Notes: generated by a model from the letters alone, not told the origin. A stretch of DNA of 64,000 nt from Massalongia carnosa (GCA_965645245.1 OZ287070.1:2728001-2792000), one strand, 5' to 3'; positions 12,101 to 23,803 are shown, counted from the stretch's first letter. Made by a program: numbers and translations.

Positions 12101-14251
12101 GGGGAAGACCCAATGAAACGAGGTGAAATCATCCTGAAAATGAGCGACGCAGGTGGTCCCATCGAAAGCAGTCCTTTTCAAAATAATGAGGTCAAAATGA
12201 AGACGCTGGAATGGTTTAGTGGCTTTAGTAGCCGAGACCCTTGATACTAGTGTATGCATTTTTGACAATGCGCACGTCTCACATTTCACTGTCTTTGGAG
12301 CATCTTGACCACTGTTACCTCTTGAAATCTCAATCATCTTCTGATTCGACAACTGGTTAATGACTTCCGGTTGGCAATGTCCTAGGCGGAGATGAAATTT
12401 CCATGGCGTGCCTTTTGGGATGGCATCTGCCGAGACTCGGGAACCGACGAAATTTGCGAAAGCACCAGCGTGGCCAACGGGACGATACTCGGCAGTGTAG
12501 AGACCGAAATGCTCTTCCAATTCGAAGATTGAAATACCCTTCTTCTCGACCGTGTCCGTATGCATGTTCCACAGAAATCCATCCTTTTTCAGCTTGCTGA
12601 CCGAAATCAAAGTCACCGATGAGTCGGGAACGTATGCTGTGTGTCGAAAATGCAGAGGCTGATTCTTCCCTTTTAGTGTCCCATTCACCAACATTGTCCC
12701 AAAACCTTCAATAAGGAGATCTCCGTCGGGAGTCGAGACCCACTCGTATGCCGGGATGATTTCGTCAATAAAACGGGATTTGTCCCAGGTCAGATGATTG
12801 GAGCATCCCGAGTCGTAGGAGACGCTGAGATGAAGCAGATTGTCGCGATCCGAGATAGTATTTCCAAAAGAGACTGGAGCATTCTCGACAACAGGGAGCT
12901 CGGCGGGAGCATTGCCATTGCCTCGGCCACGACCTCCATCTCCGCGACCCCCTCGACCTCCACCTCTTCCTCTTCCTCGAGGTTTCAAAGGTTCATCAGG
13001 CTCGGAGATGCCGTTGAGAATGTCGGATGTAGCGGCGCGTTTGACATACCAATAAAGCTTGGAATTGGACCCGATTTTCTGTCGGATGTGGTCGCGTATC
13101 TCCTTATTGAATTTCCATCCCGAGATTCTAGACTCGACTGTCAAATAAGGGCATCTTTTCCAGGAGTGAGTTTCGCCGCAAAGGCATTCGTTATTGCTGT
13201 ACTTGCTATCGTCAGAAGTGGAATTTCCCTGATCGGAAGACTGTCCTTGTAGAGAAGCGGAATTCGCCGAGAGCTGCTGACGACGACCAGTGCTGATTGC
13301 ATTTTCTTCTATCTCGGTCCGATACTCATTGGCGGCCTCGAAGAATTTAAGGGGACGACCTGATACATTTCGTATCTTGATCCAGGTGTCGCAAAAGAAT
13401 GGTGCCCATATCCGAGCGGCTTTCAGAAAGTGCTGAGTGTAGATATACTCACTATAGATGGGTTCAACTTTCAAAGCAACGATTTCTTCCCTCAGCGTTT
13501 CCCATTGGCAGATCCAAGATTCGATCTTCCCTTTCACCGGGTGAGAATTTCTCAACTCGTCGTATTGGCGATCGATCTGCCTTTGAACTTCGTCCGGACT
13601 CTTTTTGAACTTATGGGCCAGGGACTGAAGAATTTCTCGAACCGAGGATGATCTGACATTCCTGGCGACATAATCTTTAGCCGACTCTAGGATGACCGTA
13701 TGAACCTTCTCAATTCCCATGGCTGCGGCCCTGGCATCTGCCTGAAGCCCTCGATGTGACCGTTCATCTGCATTGTACGACTCCTTCTGTGATTCCGAGA
13801 GATCGGCATACCGAGAACATGGTTCGGGAATCAGGACCGGCGGACCATTTAAATCGCCGAGAACTGTCCCTTGAGAAGAACCTTGAGAAGCGACAATAGC
13901 AGGCGTAGGGGTATTGGTAGAGTCAGTGCCAGGCGTATTTGCCGAGACGACTTTGACGTAATCACTGTATTTGGGAAATTTGGGAATGGTAGGTTCCGAT
14001 TCTGATCCTTCCGGATCGACGTACTCCCATACCTGAGATCGTACTGCGATACCCTTGATTTCCGACAACCAGGAATTGTAGGTCCTAGGCGTCAGAGCCG
14101 AGACGATGAGTTTCCGAGACGATCCCGACGAGTAGTCTTCCATTTGGGATAACCGACCAAAGATGGAGACAGATGGGAAAAACAGGGAAACGACCAAAAA
14201 GGCAAAGGAAAACAGAAGCACGAGGAATAAATCAACTCTGCGATGCTCCAT
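9194..14251 (-). CDS. Copia Gag-Pol polyprotein (1685 aa; alternative start at 14143)
   Basis: Knuckle CLCGETHSWKRC, RGG tract, protease YDSGCS, HLRLGH..CETC, integrase core, RT KARLVVRG/YVDD, RNase H ADASF..TEAE..ADGLTK; no stops. Confidence 0.97.
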   Translation of the reverse strand: MEHRRVDLFLVLLFSFAFLVVSLFFPSVSIFGRLSQMEDYSSGSSRKLIVSALTPRTYNSWLSEIKGIAVRSQVWEYVDPEGSESEPTIPKFPKYSDYVKVVSANTPGTDSTNTPTPAIVASQGSSQGTVLGDLNGPPVLIPEPCSRYADLSESQKESYNADERSHRGLQADARAAAMGIEKVHTVILESAKDYVARNVRSSSVREILQSLAHKFKKSPDEVQRQIDRQYDELRNSHPVKGKIESWICQWETLREEIVALKVEPIYSEYIYTQHFLKAARIWAPFFCDTWIKIRNVSGRPLKFFEAANEYRTEIEENAISTGRRQQLSANSASLQGQSSDQGNSTSDDSKYSNNECLCGETHSWKRCPYLTVESRISGWKFNKEIRDHIRQKIGSNSKLYWYVKRAATSDILNGISEPDEPLKPRGRGRGGGRGGRGDGGRGRGNGNAPAELPVVENAPVSFGNTISDRDNLLHLSVSYDSGCSNHLTWDKSRFIDEIIPAYEWVSTPDGDLLIEGFGTMLVNGTLKGKNQPLHFRHTAYVPDSSVTLISVSKLKKDGFLWNMHTDTVEKKGISIFELEEHFGLYTAEYRPVGHAGAFANFVGSRVSADAIPKGTPWKFHLRLGHCQPEVINQLSNQKMIEISRGNSGQDAPKTVKCETCALSKMHTLVSRVSATKATKPFQRLHFDLIILKRTAFDGTTCVAHFQDDFTSFHWVFPLQDHKQETLLRIVKHVINRCDRLGAEFGLFVQTFRMDQETSVGDVIQDFVKEQGIAFEWSAKHTKEQNGSAERAGSLLTQKARCIRIGADLPEDLYPECYLAAGHLLNRTPTKGLDWKSPHISLHRALKKPYNSEIGHLKVFGCKAYPLLKGKDAPPKSEKLAPRAFVGYLVGYDSTNIYRVWNPETWSVSGYRDVIFDEDQTFSTYVKKDLIPEEKVAEFVELEVFDAAPYIVDLAENEEQWLATSVRNRSFADPSSSVENSSALDVPASLTAKDVPIMPRHSPSQQHLPTPESTPPPSTSAPAPTSSSTSRDKRVVKDSLPSSIDLPTDLPETGRTPLGIAESFGTGPSRNIGSAKLDVSNIVEGKRVRKPKQKFANLAAPLGIRPLGIASEPLGNTNSGLDDGMKEVYLAFAVTTRSTRLHRDSLPPPPKQWRGMLRHPHAEGFRKAAEFEYQTLLRMDTFVVIPKTSNQKPLPLMWVFTYKFDPDGFLVKYKARLVVRGDLEEVSAEDVYASTLAIKIFRCLMALTSAFGLRTRQFDAINAFLNAKADRVIHVYMPDGFVIEGKCLLLVRALYGLRKSPLLWLREFSKALTSLDMQQIPGEPCLFTDYSGIILFFYVDDIVIIFPESRAADVDLLIQKLNARFELRDMGQLSFFLGVRIVRNAGDIYLCQDSYMDKLAIEYEIDTSKSPSSPLPSDFIAFTSASAASPDSDSPRSVDQSLRQEYRKKVGSICYPANITRPDVAKAASKLAEHLTCPGPEHIDAANHCLQYLHTTKYLAIKYSPSGGGELTVQSPDDDQLSAKHVFENTADASFANSPERRSYEGFTFKLYGGMIDWAARKQATVSTSTTEAELLALLHAGKACIWWINFFGKLGFDNDHSVKIYNDNMQTIRILTSEQPKVTTKLLHVDIAQLWLRQSVQFGHLNVGYLQTNRMTADGLTKPLPPQKHRSFLEMLGLIDIKYLI

Positions 14252-14391
14252 GAGAGATACGATAATTCCGGCGGCGATACTCAGCCTGCCTAGGATATTT
14301 CGGGGTCGATGAAGGCAGCGATAAATCAGCTTACCAATAACTAAAGTTAAGACGGAGGCAGCGAAAAATTCAGCTAACCCGGGCTCATAAC

Positions 14392-14622
14392 TGTCAACCT
14401 TTCACATGAATTCAGGAAGGATGAAAAAGGCTTTATTCTGTATGTGGGAAATGCCCACATCTAGCTACCTATATAGAAGGGAAAAGGGGTCATGGCAGCA
14501 ACGATATTAACCCCGGCAAATTGAGGGGTAAAGGTGTGGAAGAAATGGCGTAGCTTAGCGGCATCTGCCGCGACAGGGGGTCGAGGATCGGCGATGAGAA
14601 TCGACCACATTCAGGTTTGACA
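14392..14622 (-). repeat. 5' LTR of Copia E
   Basis: Identical to 8797-9027, followed on the minus strand by the PBS. Confidence 0.97.
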
Positions 14623-14752
14623 AAGAGCCAGAACCAAGTCACCGAGCACTTATAATAGCACTCCGTCGGAATCCAATAAAACCAAACACCAGTTCAAGCC
14701 AGTCCGTTAACAAGGACAATCCATCAAGCTCTTCCAATAAACCCTTTCCATC

Positions 14753-17700
14753 ATGAGTGAAAAAATCTCTAGGTCGAGGTCCTATAGCGCTATTGATAGG
14801 ATCCCTAAGCTAGTGGACCACGAGGGTTATCCAGCATGGAAGCGAGCCATGCGAGATTGCCTCAAAATGATAGATCTTTGGCTCTATTGTGATAACACCC
14901 AAGCTGCACCACGCCCAAACGCTCCCAATGGTGGCTTCAACAAATGGAAAAAGGGCTAAGATAAGGCCTGCACTACTATTCGATTAGCTTGTGAAGGAAA
15001 TGCCTACACCGATATAGAAGACCATACTACTGCTTCCGTCGCCTGGGACCTGCTTGAGTCAAACTATAAGCCTCGCGGTTCGGGATTCCTCAATGGACAC
15101 CTTCAGAAAATTAGACAGCCTTATCCTATCGGATTGCAGCAGCCCTGCAGACTACGTTACCCAATTCCGCGCGACGGTCAATAAGCTTCGCACCTTCTCA
15201 AGCAAGCTAAGCCTGGACGAAAACTGGCTTATCTATCGCTTCCATACCAATTTAGGCTTCGAATACAACAGCTATTTCGAACGATACGCTCAGGATCATG
15301 ATCCTTTCAATGAAATGGGTGAACCCAAGCACACGTTAAGTCAGGCTATGCAGCATTTCCAAAACACGGTGACCAACCCAAGCAAGTCCAGCGATAAGGC
15401 CGTAATCGCAATGGCAGCTGTTTCAAACGCTCAAACCCAAGCAGGAGCACAATCCGGAACAGCCTATTCTCAAATCATCACCAAGACCATCAAGTACTGC
15501 AACCACTGCCGAAAGGACTATCACGTAGAGAGCGAGTGTCGTGAAAAATATCCACCTCGTTAACCAAGACTCACAGCGTAAGTCCAATAAGCGTCGCAGG
15601 AATTCCAAAAGTCAAGGTCCAAGTCAAAAGTCAACCGGAAATAATGACTCAACCAAAGGAGCCTTCTGCGCCTACATGGCCACCGCGGATATAACCAAAA
15701 TATCTAAGCTCTGGATCTGTGACTCTGGAACTAGCCAACATATTACCCACGATCGCTCCATCTTCACCTCATTCAAGACATCCGATTGCCCTCTAATTCA
15801 AGGTATTGGAGGAGTATTAATTCCCAAAGGAATAGGTAACGTCATGTTGCGGTGTGCCGGTAACGAGGGTCTTCGGGAGTTCCCTCTTTTCGATGTGTTA
15901 TACGTTCCGGACGGAGGCCTAAATCTCATCTCCCAAGGACAATTACAACGAGATGGATGTCCCCTGAAGATCGTACCAGAGGGAATTGAAATCGGGAACT
16001 ATGGTATCACCGCTCGCCGCCAGGACAACAATCTGTATATCCTGAACATGTGGAACGTCTCTGAAGCCGCTCTCGCTCTCGCTGCAATTAATAGCGAGGC
16101 GATAAAAATGTGGCACGCTCGTTTAGGCCATCTTGGAAATCAAAATATTCTCAAGCTCGCTGGCATGTCAAAAGGAATGGACCTCACCAAACCCCCGCCC
16201 CAAGACGCCTGTCCTCCGTGCACCATCGCTCAGTCCCAAGTAGAGCCACAACCAGGCAAGCACCCGCTGAACTTAATTCACAGCGATGTCCAAGGACCTT
16301 TCCCAGAAGCCTTGACTGGCGCCAAATATATGGTGACCTTTCTTTGCGATTTCGATAAACGGTCCCACGTCACATTACTGCGCGTCAAAAGCGGAGTCCT
16401 TCAAGCCTTTAAAAACTACAAGAAGCAAAATGAATATGGGGACAAACGAATTAAACGCTTGCAATCGGACTGTAGGGGTGAGTATGACTCCAAAGACTTC
16501 GAGAATTTCGGAAACGAGCATGACATTCAGTGGGAACCTTGTTGGAATACTCGCTTAGCCCCATTAGATCTAGCTCAGCCCTGCAGGCTGCCATGACTGC
16601 TATAAGCAGTCACCTCCGTAGTAATTTCAACATTATGCCGTCAACTGTTTATTTAACAGGTTATGAGTCCCGGGTTTGTGCTTTGCGCCCCTCCGACGGC
16701 ATCCTTCATGCATAGACTACGTACTATCATGTCGTATCAAGAAGATGATGAGGTGAAAGTTCAGACGTGGAAAGCGCGAAAACGAAGCGGAAACGACATC
16801 GAAAGGGATGAGAAACGAAGCGGAAACGAAGCGGAAACGTCATCGAAAGTGGTGTACGTACGAAAAGTGCTGAGGAGGACATCTACAATGGGCGGTGCCT
16901 CGAAGACTTCACATCTTGCATTACTGGTCAGATCAGCAAGGGGAGATAAAAGCCCTGCGATCAGGCCACCAACGTCAATGGTCTGCGGGAAAATGTCTAA
17001 CAGAGACATCGAGAAAAGCCCTGCTCAGGCCATCAACAAAACACGTCCATAGTACTCTTCCCATCCACCCATACACTCACAAAAGCTACGTTTCGAGAGA
17101 TGGTTATGGGTTTAATGAGGCTACAAAGCAGGACAACAAAAGACATAAGAAAGAACTACGTGCTTAGGGAAAATGGAGTCAGAGGGAGCTAGATTCGTTC
17201 CGCAAGGGGAGCGAATCGGACACAGCTGGATGAATCACTTCGCAAGGGGAGTGATAAAAGCTGGATAGTTTCAATTTTGGAGGCGAAAGGGGAGCCACGC
17301 TCGAAGGGGAGTGTTGGAATACTCGCTTAGCCCCATTAGATCTAGCTCAGCCCTGCAGGCTGCCATGACTGCTATAAGCAGTCACCTCCGTAGTAATTTC
17401 AACATTATGCCGTCAACTGTTTATTTAACAAACCTACCGTACCGGGAAATCCACCCATGAACGGGACAGCCGAGCGCCTAGGTCAAACGCTTCACAAGTT
17501 AGCCAGCACCATGCGAGAAGGCGCTAAACTCGACATCAAATATTGGGCTGAAATGGTTCTCACTGCCAACTACCTAAGAAATCGACAACCAACTGCGGGA
17601 CGCTCCATCACCCCCTACGAGTCTCACACCGGCAGCCCACCAGAACTAGGACATCTAAGGATAATAGGACAGACGGGCTATGCTCAAAATCGCAAGCTCT

Positions 17701-19743
17701 CCACCGGATGGAAGAAATTAGCACCAAATGTACTTTAGTAGGATACGAAGGCGATCACATCTATCGAATGATAAATCAACGGGCGCGGTCATGCGTTATT
17801 CCAATGTTCAGTGGATAGATAAAAATCCCCCAACTCCTCCTTATCATTCTCTCAAACTAAAAGAGCCCTACACGTTGGACAGTCAGGACCGCCCACAAGA
17901 AAGCAAAAAATTACCCATCATACGGACGCCCCTCATACGGACTTAGTCGACGCTCATGAATCCATAGAATCAATTCCCACTGGACCTCTCCCATCAAACG
18001 CTGGACAAGAGACATTGGCAAACCAATGGCCCATTGAGCCTCGGTCCCAGGCAGATATTCTCTCTAAGCACCCAAAACTTCGTGCCCCCTCGCCTGACCC
18101 ACTAGCTCTCTTTTCTCTTCTTGCTCGAGCCAATGACCCGGAGCCATACGAGCCTAAAACCTATAAACAGGCCGTAGACAGTCGGGAGGAAAAGGATTGG
18201 CGAAGGGCAATGCAGGAAGAAATTGGCTCTATCAACGAAAATGATACCTGGATCCTCACCTCCCTGCCCCCGGACCGCAAAGCCCTGCGAGGCAAATGGG
18301 TTTATAAAATCAAACGAGGCCCGGCTGGCGAGATTCTTCGTTACAAGGCTCGATGGGTAGTCAGAGGCTTTGAGCAACGTGAAGGCATTGACTACAATGA
18401 GACTTTTGCTTCAGTAGTGAAGCCAATGAGCTATAAAGCCATCTTCGCTATCGCTGCAGCCAATGACTTGGGAAATTCACCAAATGGACGGAAAAACAGC
18501 CTTCTTGTACGGAAGGGTGGACGAGGAAATCTACGTGGAGCAACCAACCGGTCTGGATGACGGGTCAACGAGAGTTTGCAAGTTGAAGAAAGCTTTTTAT
18601 GGCCTGAAACAGTCGTCTATAATCTGGTATGAAACGATCACTACTTTTTTCAAGTCTCATGAATTCGTTCCAGTCAACGCCGACCTTAGCGTTTTCGTTA
18701 AAGAAGGGGTTATCGTAGCCATTTACGTCGATGATTTAACCATCACTGGCTCTTCATCTTCCGAGATACAACGTGTCAAGAAACTGCTCAGCGACGAGTT
18801 CTCGATGGTTGATTTAGGCCCTATCAATTATTACCTGGGCATGACGATAACTCGGGATCGGGCTAATAGGATTCTTCGCCTTGGTCAGCAGGCCTATCTG
18901 GAAAAAGTACTACGCGACCATGGCATGTGGGACACTAACCCCGTAGCTACCCCGATGGATGGGCGACTGGAGGCTGCACCAGAGGGCCATCAGGCCACAG
19001 ATGACTCTCGCCTCCGTTACCAATCAGCGGTGGGCTCTCTCATGTATGCTATGCTAGGCACCAGGCCTGACTTAGCCTACGCCGTATCGGTGGTCAGCCG
19101 TTATACCTCGAACCCGACCGACACGCACTGGAAGGCAGTCAAACGCATCTTTCGATACATCAAGGGCACTCTTCCGTTGCAGTTAACATACAAAGGTCAC
19201 TTACAACCCTTGAACGGTTACACTGACGCGGATTGGGCCGTAGATCATCAGACCCGAAGGTCTACCTCTGGTTTCGTGTTTAATGTGGGTAGTGGCGCTG
19301 TTAGCTGGTCTTCCAAACGACAACCGACAGTAGCCCTATCTTCATGCGAAGCCGAGTACATGGGTCAGACTCAAGCCACCAAGGAAGCCGTCTGGTTGTC
19401 TAGTCTTCTCGACCAACTTTCAGCACCTCAAGTCCCTGGGAATCACTCTCTCCAAACCCAGAGCACCTCTGTAGCCCTTGCCTGCTTGCCTACATCTTTC
19501 GCCCTAAATGCTATCATCATTCACTGCGACAATCAAGGAGCAATGGCTTTGGCCAAAAATCCCCAGGCACACGCGCGGAGCAAGCATATTGACATCCAAT
19601 GGCACTACCAAAGAGAGAAGATCGAAGACAAATCAGTGGAATTTCGCTATGTTCCTACCGAAGAGCAGGTAGCTGACGGCCTAACCAAGGCCCTACCAAA
19701 GGACAAATTTGTTGTCTTTCGAAAGGCTTTAGGCTTAGAGTAA
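14753..19743 (+). pseudogene. Copia C gag-pol, fragmented by stops, frameshifts and a TRIM
   Basis: CNHCRKDYHVESEC knuckle, WICDSGTSQH, WHARLGH, NGTAER, YKARWVVRGF, YVDD, YTDADWA, SKHIDI, ADGLTK. Confidence 0.95.
16540..17430 (+). mobile_element. Non-autonomous miniature LTR element (TRIM), 891 bp
   Basis: Identical 119-bp LTRs (16540-16658, 17312-17430), AACCT TSD, PBS GGTTATGAGTCC, PPT GAAGGGGAG; excision restores host WEP-TVPGNPPMNGTAER. Confidence 0.96.
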
Positions 19744-19980
19744 ACCAGAAGCCTTTTATCGTAAAAAATCCGACCTTAACCCCCCCCCCCAAAAAAAATT
19801 ATCACCCACAGCTGAGCCTGTGGGGGTGTTTTCGTACATCGCCAGCAGCATTAGCCTGCGGAGTACACTGACTCACCTGCAGGTGATCCACTGGGAAGCA
19901 TGATATTATACTGGAGTATGTGGGAGTTATTGAATTTCTCTTTATCATGTGAGAGTGCTATTTCAGTGCCTGAGTAGGAG

Positions 19981-20173
19981 TGTTAGAATGTACAAATCAG
20001 GCTACTTCATTTCAGCCGCACTCACCTTCTACCGCACGAGTATGACGCACGCTAATGGCTAGACGTATCGCTAGTCTAATACTAGGATACCGTACATTGT
20101 CTATAAAGCTAGCTATTCCCACTATATAGAAAAAAAGCAAGCGTTCTATCTTCTACTATACTACCTTTTGATA
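19981..20173 (+). repeat. 3' LTR of Copia C
   Basis: Repeat of 7526-7722, preceded by PPT-like GAGTAGGAG. Confidence 0.93.
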
Positions 20174-20231
20174 AGGATTAGTAAATAGTTCACGGCAAAA
20201 ATAAACATTTAACTGGTTAATCCTTCCGCAG

Positions 20232-20472
20232 ATAGAAATCTGAAGAACCGCTTCGTGCCAGAAGTCCAAGAACGTTATGCTGAAGCTTGGAAAACCTTGA
20301 TCCCAAGGCTACGATATCAAGCGAACGGACAGTTGAGGAAGCGTTAGATCGGGCGAGAGAAATCGGCGACCCAAATAATGGCATTCAAGTCTTGATAACA
20401 GGGAGACTACACCTAATTAGCGGTGCGCTTTGCCTCCTAGAGCCTGATGACTCTACGCATCATTTATGTTAG
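20232..20472 (+). pseudogene. Last-exon remnant of a folylpolyglutamate-synthase-like gene
   Basis: Acceptor-like CCGCAG, then QERYAEAWK/NLDP...TVEEALDRAREI...VLITGRLHLISGAL, resembling the FPGS C-terminal LVTGSLHLVG motif; 1-nt frameshift. Confidence 0.65.
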
Positions 20473-20879
20473 CTAGAGCTTTAAAACATATCACGAAGTC
20501 AATGGCTAGGGCCTCAGGCTTTATAGTAAGTTGCCAAGTTTCGACCGTTCAAAATGCCTTTTCCCCACTTCTCCAGACCGGCTGATATGCTTCTATCAGT
20601 TTTTATCAGGCTTTCGTACAGATCTACCCACGTTTGTTGAGCTTATTAGTCGGAGAGGTCGTTTGAGACGATTGATTGGATAATATGTGATCAAGCAAGA
20701 ACCGTGAAATGCTGTTGGGAATTCTCTCATCTTGCTTTGCTGGAATGATTATAGTCAATGATCCACAAAGTCACAGAAATTTGTTCATCGTGAAAAGAAT
20801 GTTACTATAGGGCCGTGGGATAAAGCTAAGGGACACAGAGGCGGTGATCATGAGAGGACTTTTGATTTTAAATAACAGC

Positions 20880-22480
20880 TTAAACGTAGATATAATCGAG
20901 TGACATTGATTCTATCCTTGACCTGAGTGGCTGCAGGATATATGTTCCCATCCCCGAAATGAAATGCCGAGGCCCCTGGTCGCAGAGTTTTGCTAAAGCA
21001 TATGCTCTTTGACTTTCCAGCAGCTGCCCAAGCTCAAAATATATGATAGTACGGAAAAGGAGAATAACACCTATGTAGAAAATTTCCGTCTGAAAAGGTT
21101 TTATACTTCTGCACGAGACCAAGTGTCTGTTCTGAGCTTTCGAGAGCTTCGGACCATCGAGACTCGTGATATGCGATGCGCAATAGGGCAAGGGTAGAAC
21201 GAACATGGTCCAATTGATCGGAGACATTATGGCCAGATATCCTATTGAAAATGTCGCTTAGTTGTAGGAGGACTGCTCTGGCTTGAATGCTTTTGAGCAA
21301 TGCTTGCCACAAATTTTTAGTTTCTCAATGTCCTCCTTTAACAACTCTTCAGCCTTCTCTGCAAGTTTCAATTCACAGTACACGTCTGCCAGATAATGCA
21401 CAACATGATAACGACTAGCCTCGGTCGGAATTGTCATGAGACAGTCCTTCAGGCAGTACTCTGCATGCACAAAATCGCCCAGATATCGTGACATTCTGCC
21501 GAATACAGTATTCTTCAATCGAATCACCTGAAGCTCATATCCGGAAGGTGGGTCACTCTTGGTCTCCCACTATTCTAGGTAGAATGCTGCTTTGTCGAAT
21601 TCTTTGCGCAATATTGCATTTTCTGCGCGAGAAAGTAGTAGGCGTCCGTGTAAACAATGGGATCTTATATCTCTGGCGAGTATCCTACTTAGGATATCTT
21701 GTATCAGAACATCAGATTGATCATGAGCTCCCTTGGATCGTAACAGAACGCTTTGCCTATATACAGTGGCCAGCAGAAGGTAGTCTGGTAAACCAGCTTC
21801 CCGCATCTTTGCTATCACAGCAACTGCATCATTCGCGCGGGAAACCCCGACCAATCTAGATGCTGCTAAAGACGCTTCTACCAAACTCTCACGGGCATGG
21901 GCTGGTAGAGAGGGGCAACATTCTCCGAGCACATATTCCCAAAAACGTTCGAGGTATGGTAATAGGAGCTTCCCAAAATCGTGAAATCTGGTGGATTTTA
22001 AGTACTTTAAATATAAGGCTGACATTATACTTACGAGTCATGCAAAATCTCCTCTCGGGGATATATATGGGTTGTGAAGATCAAACCTTGTAGAATAAGT
22101 TCCTTTTGTTTGAAGAAGCGAGAGATTCGAGTCTGTAAGTCATCGGTGAGTGAATAGACTAGCGAACAATCCTCTAATTCATTCGCTATAATCATGCTGT
22201 TCTGGATACAGGACTTGATAGCTTGCTCGAGCTCTATTCTGGCTGAGAACAGATGAACACATTGCTGATTGAGACCGGTGTCAAGTAAAGTGATCTCGTG
22301 TAAATTACCCTTGCCGTTCCATCTTTTCTGTGGTAAGAGTCCCCAAAACAGAATGCACTCTCGAATTTCAAAAAAACCCAGAGAATATAACAGTAGTAAG
22401 AGAGAATTACTAGTTGAATCTGACATTGATACGTTAGTGCTTTTCTCAATCGACAAAAAACGTGATATTTCCGTTACCAT
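20880..22480 (-). pseudogene. Decayed helical-repeat (TPR-like) protein gene
   Basis: Consecutive minus-strand ORF pieces with TPR-like helices (HYLADVYCELKLAEKAEELL; LALLRIAYHESRWSEALE), broken by stops and frameshifts. Confidence 0.5.
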
Positions 22481-22541
22481 CTTGAACTTTTCGAGCTATT
22501 GTTTGAGTTCCTTGATAGGCTTGAGTCTTTGGCAAGAGGAT

Positions 22542-23803
22542 TCATGAATACTGACTGCTGGAGTTACTGGATGTAGAAGATGACTGTTGGGACGAGACTT
22601 CTCTTGAGCTCTGATCCCCAACCTTACTTTGGAAGGAACTTGGTATCAAAAACTCAAAATTAGGATGAACTGAAGTGATGAGAGCGCTCTTAGTAGCAGC
22701 ATGAACGTTATATATGCTCTGGTCTGACATTGATACACGATTCGAGTTATAACCAAGGGCGGTACATATATCATCAATCCTAGTTTTCTCTCGTCAGTAT
22801 TACCTTTATCATCGGACCGGAGTTTGTACGAAATTTTGTCAGCCGTTATGCTGCATGCTTTAAGCAAAGATGCGATGAGACTGGGGATGGTGTAATCAGG
22901 TCCTAAACAATCACTGTAATCATGTTTCACGAACTCGTCTGTGTTGAAATGTTTGAGAATCAATTCTGAACTTTCATCCGTCGGAATCCGGCCAAGGCAG
23001 AAAAGAGATAGAGCGTCTAGGAAAGTCATGAATTCAGCTTTGTAAGTAGGGAGCTTGGAGAACATACTAATGAGGAATAGTTCTGTGGCTCGATAAATCG
23101 TCCAACCATGGCTGACTAGGGCAACAAAATGCCATTTATCCATAAGGCACTCTTAAGTAGCGTTCTACGATCACACTCCCGGCTGCCGGAAATACAGATT
23201 ATCTGGTCAATGGTTTCGTATAGAATGCCCAATTTGCTGAGAATTTCGCAATATGACAGCAAGATGAGCGCTTGAAACCTGGCAAATGATGCCTGGAGGA
23301 TGGCATTCATAAGGGAATCTCTGATGATAAAGGCGAAATTTTTCGCCACTTCGACAAGTCCTTTATGTGATAGTTCATCTCCCTGAGGTGTTTGTCTCTT
23401 AGGTATGGCATTGGGGCGACTAGTAAAAGCTCGAATGTCCTCCTCGCCTCCTCGTACTGCTCCACGGAATTCAGTTCAAGTTCGGTCTGTCTTTTGCGCC
23501 ATTCAGCGGCCTTAGGGGCTTTTCGTAGAAATCAACCGAGGGCCTCGGTCTTACGTGACCTTTCTACACCTAATCTTTTAGGTTTTCTACCATGGGTAGT
23601 GTTTGACGATCGAACTGAAAGTTGTGATCTAGGCTGCTGCGATGTTTGCGATGTGTGCTGTGGTTCGGACTGCTGTGGTTGCTGCTGTGGTTATTGCTGT
23701 GGTTTGGGTTGCTGTGTTTTGGGCTGCGACAGTTCTTGAGATCCATGTAGATTCTTTCGCTTCTTAGACGCGTGGGTGACTTCCGTTTCTCGCGGAAATC
23801 CAT
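22542..23803 (-). pseudogene. Decayed hypothetical fungal gene with a Q/P-rich N-terminus (may be the 5' part of the TPR-like gene)
   Basis: Frame reading QQPKPQQ*PQQQPQQ...FLRKAPKAAEWRKRQTELELNSVEQYEE with internal stops; further ORF pieces 23116-23349 and 22646-23143. Confidence 0.4.

Larger units (their letters stand above)
8797..14622 (-). mobile_element. Intact Ty1/Copia element E, very recent insertion
   Basis: Identical 231-bp LTRs, AAGAG TSD (8792-8796, 14623-14627), PBS GTTATGAGCCC (14391-14381), G-rich PPT next to 9028, single open polyprotein. Confidence 0.98.
7526..20173 (+). mobile_element. Ty1/Copia element C (degenerate) carrying nested Copia E and a TRIM
   Basis: LTRs 7526-7722 and 19981-20173, PBS GGTTATGAGCCC, gag-PR-IN-RT-RH order; flanks GTTGT/AGGAT do not form a TSD. 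Confidence 0.93.

Noticed and set aside
23392..23739. Cys-rich metallothionein-like ORF on the + strand
   Set aside because: It is the antisense reading of a CAG/CAA (Gln/Pro) repeat of the minus-strand pseudogene
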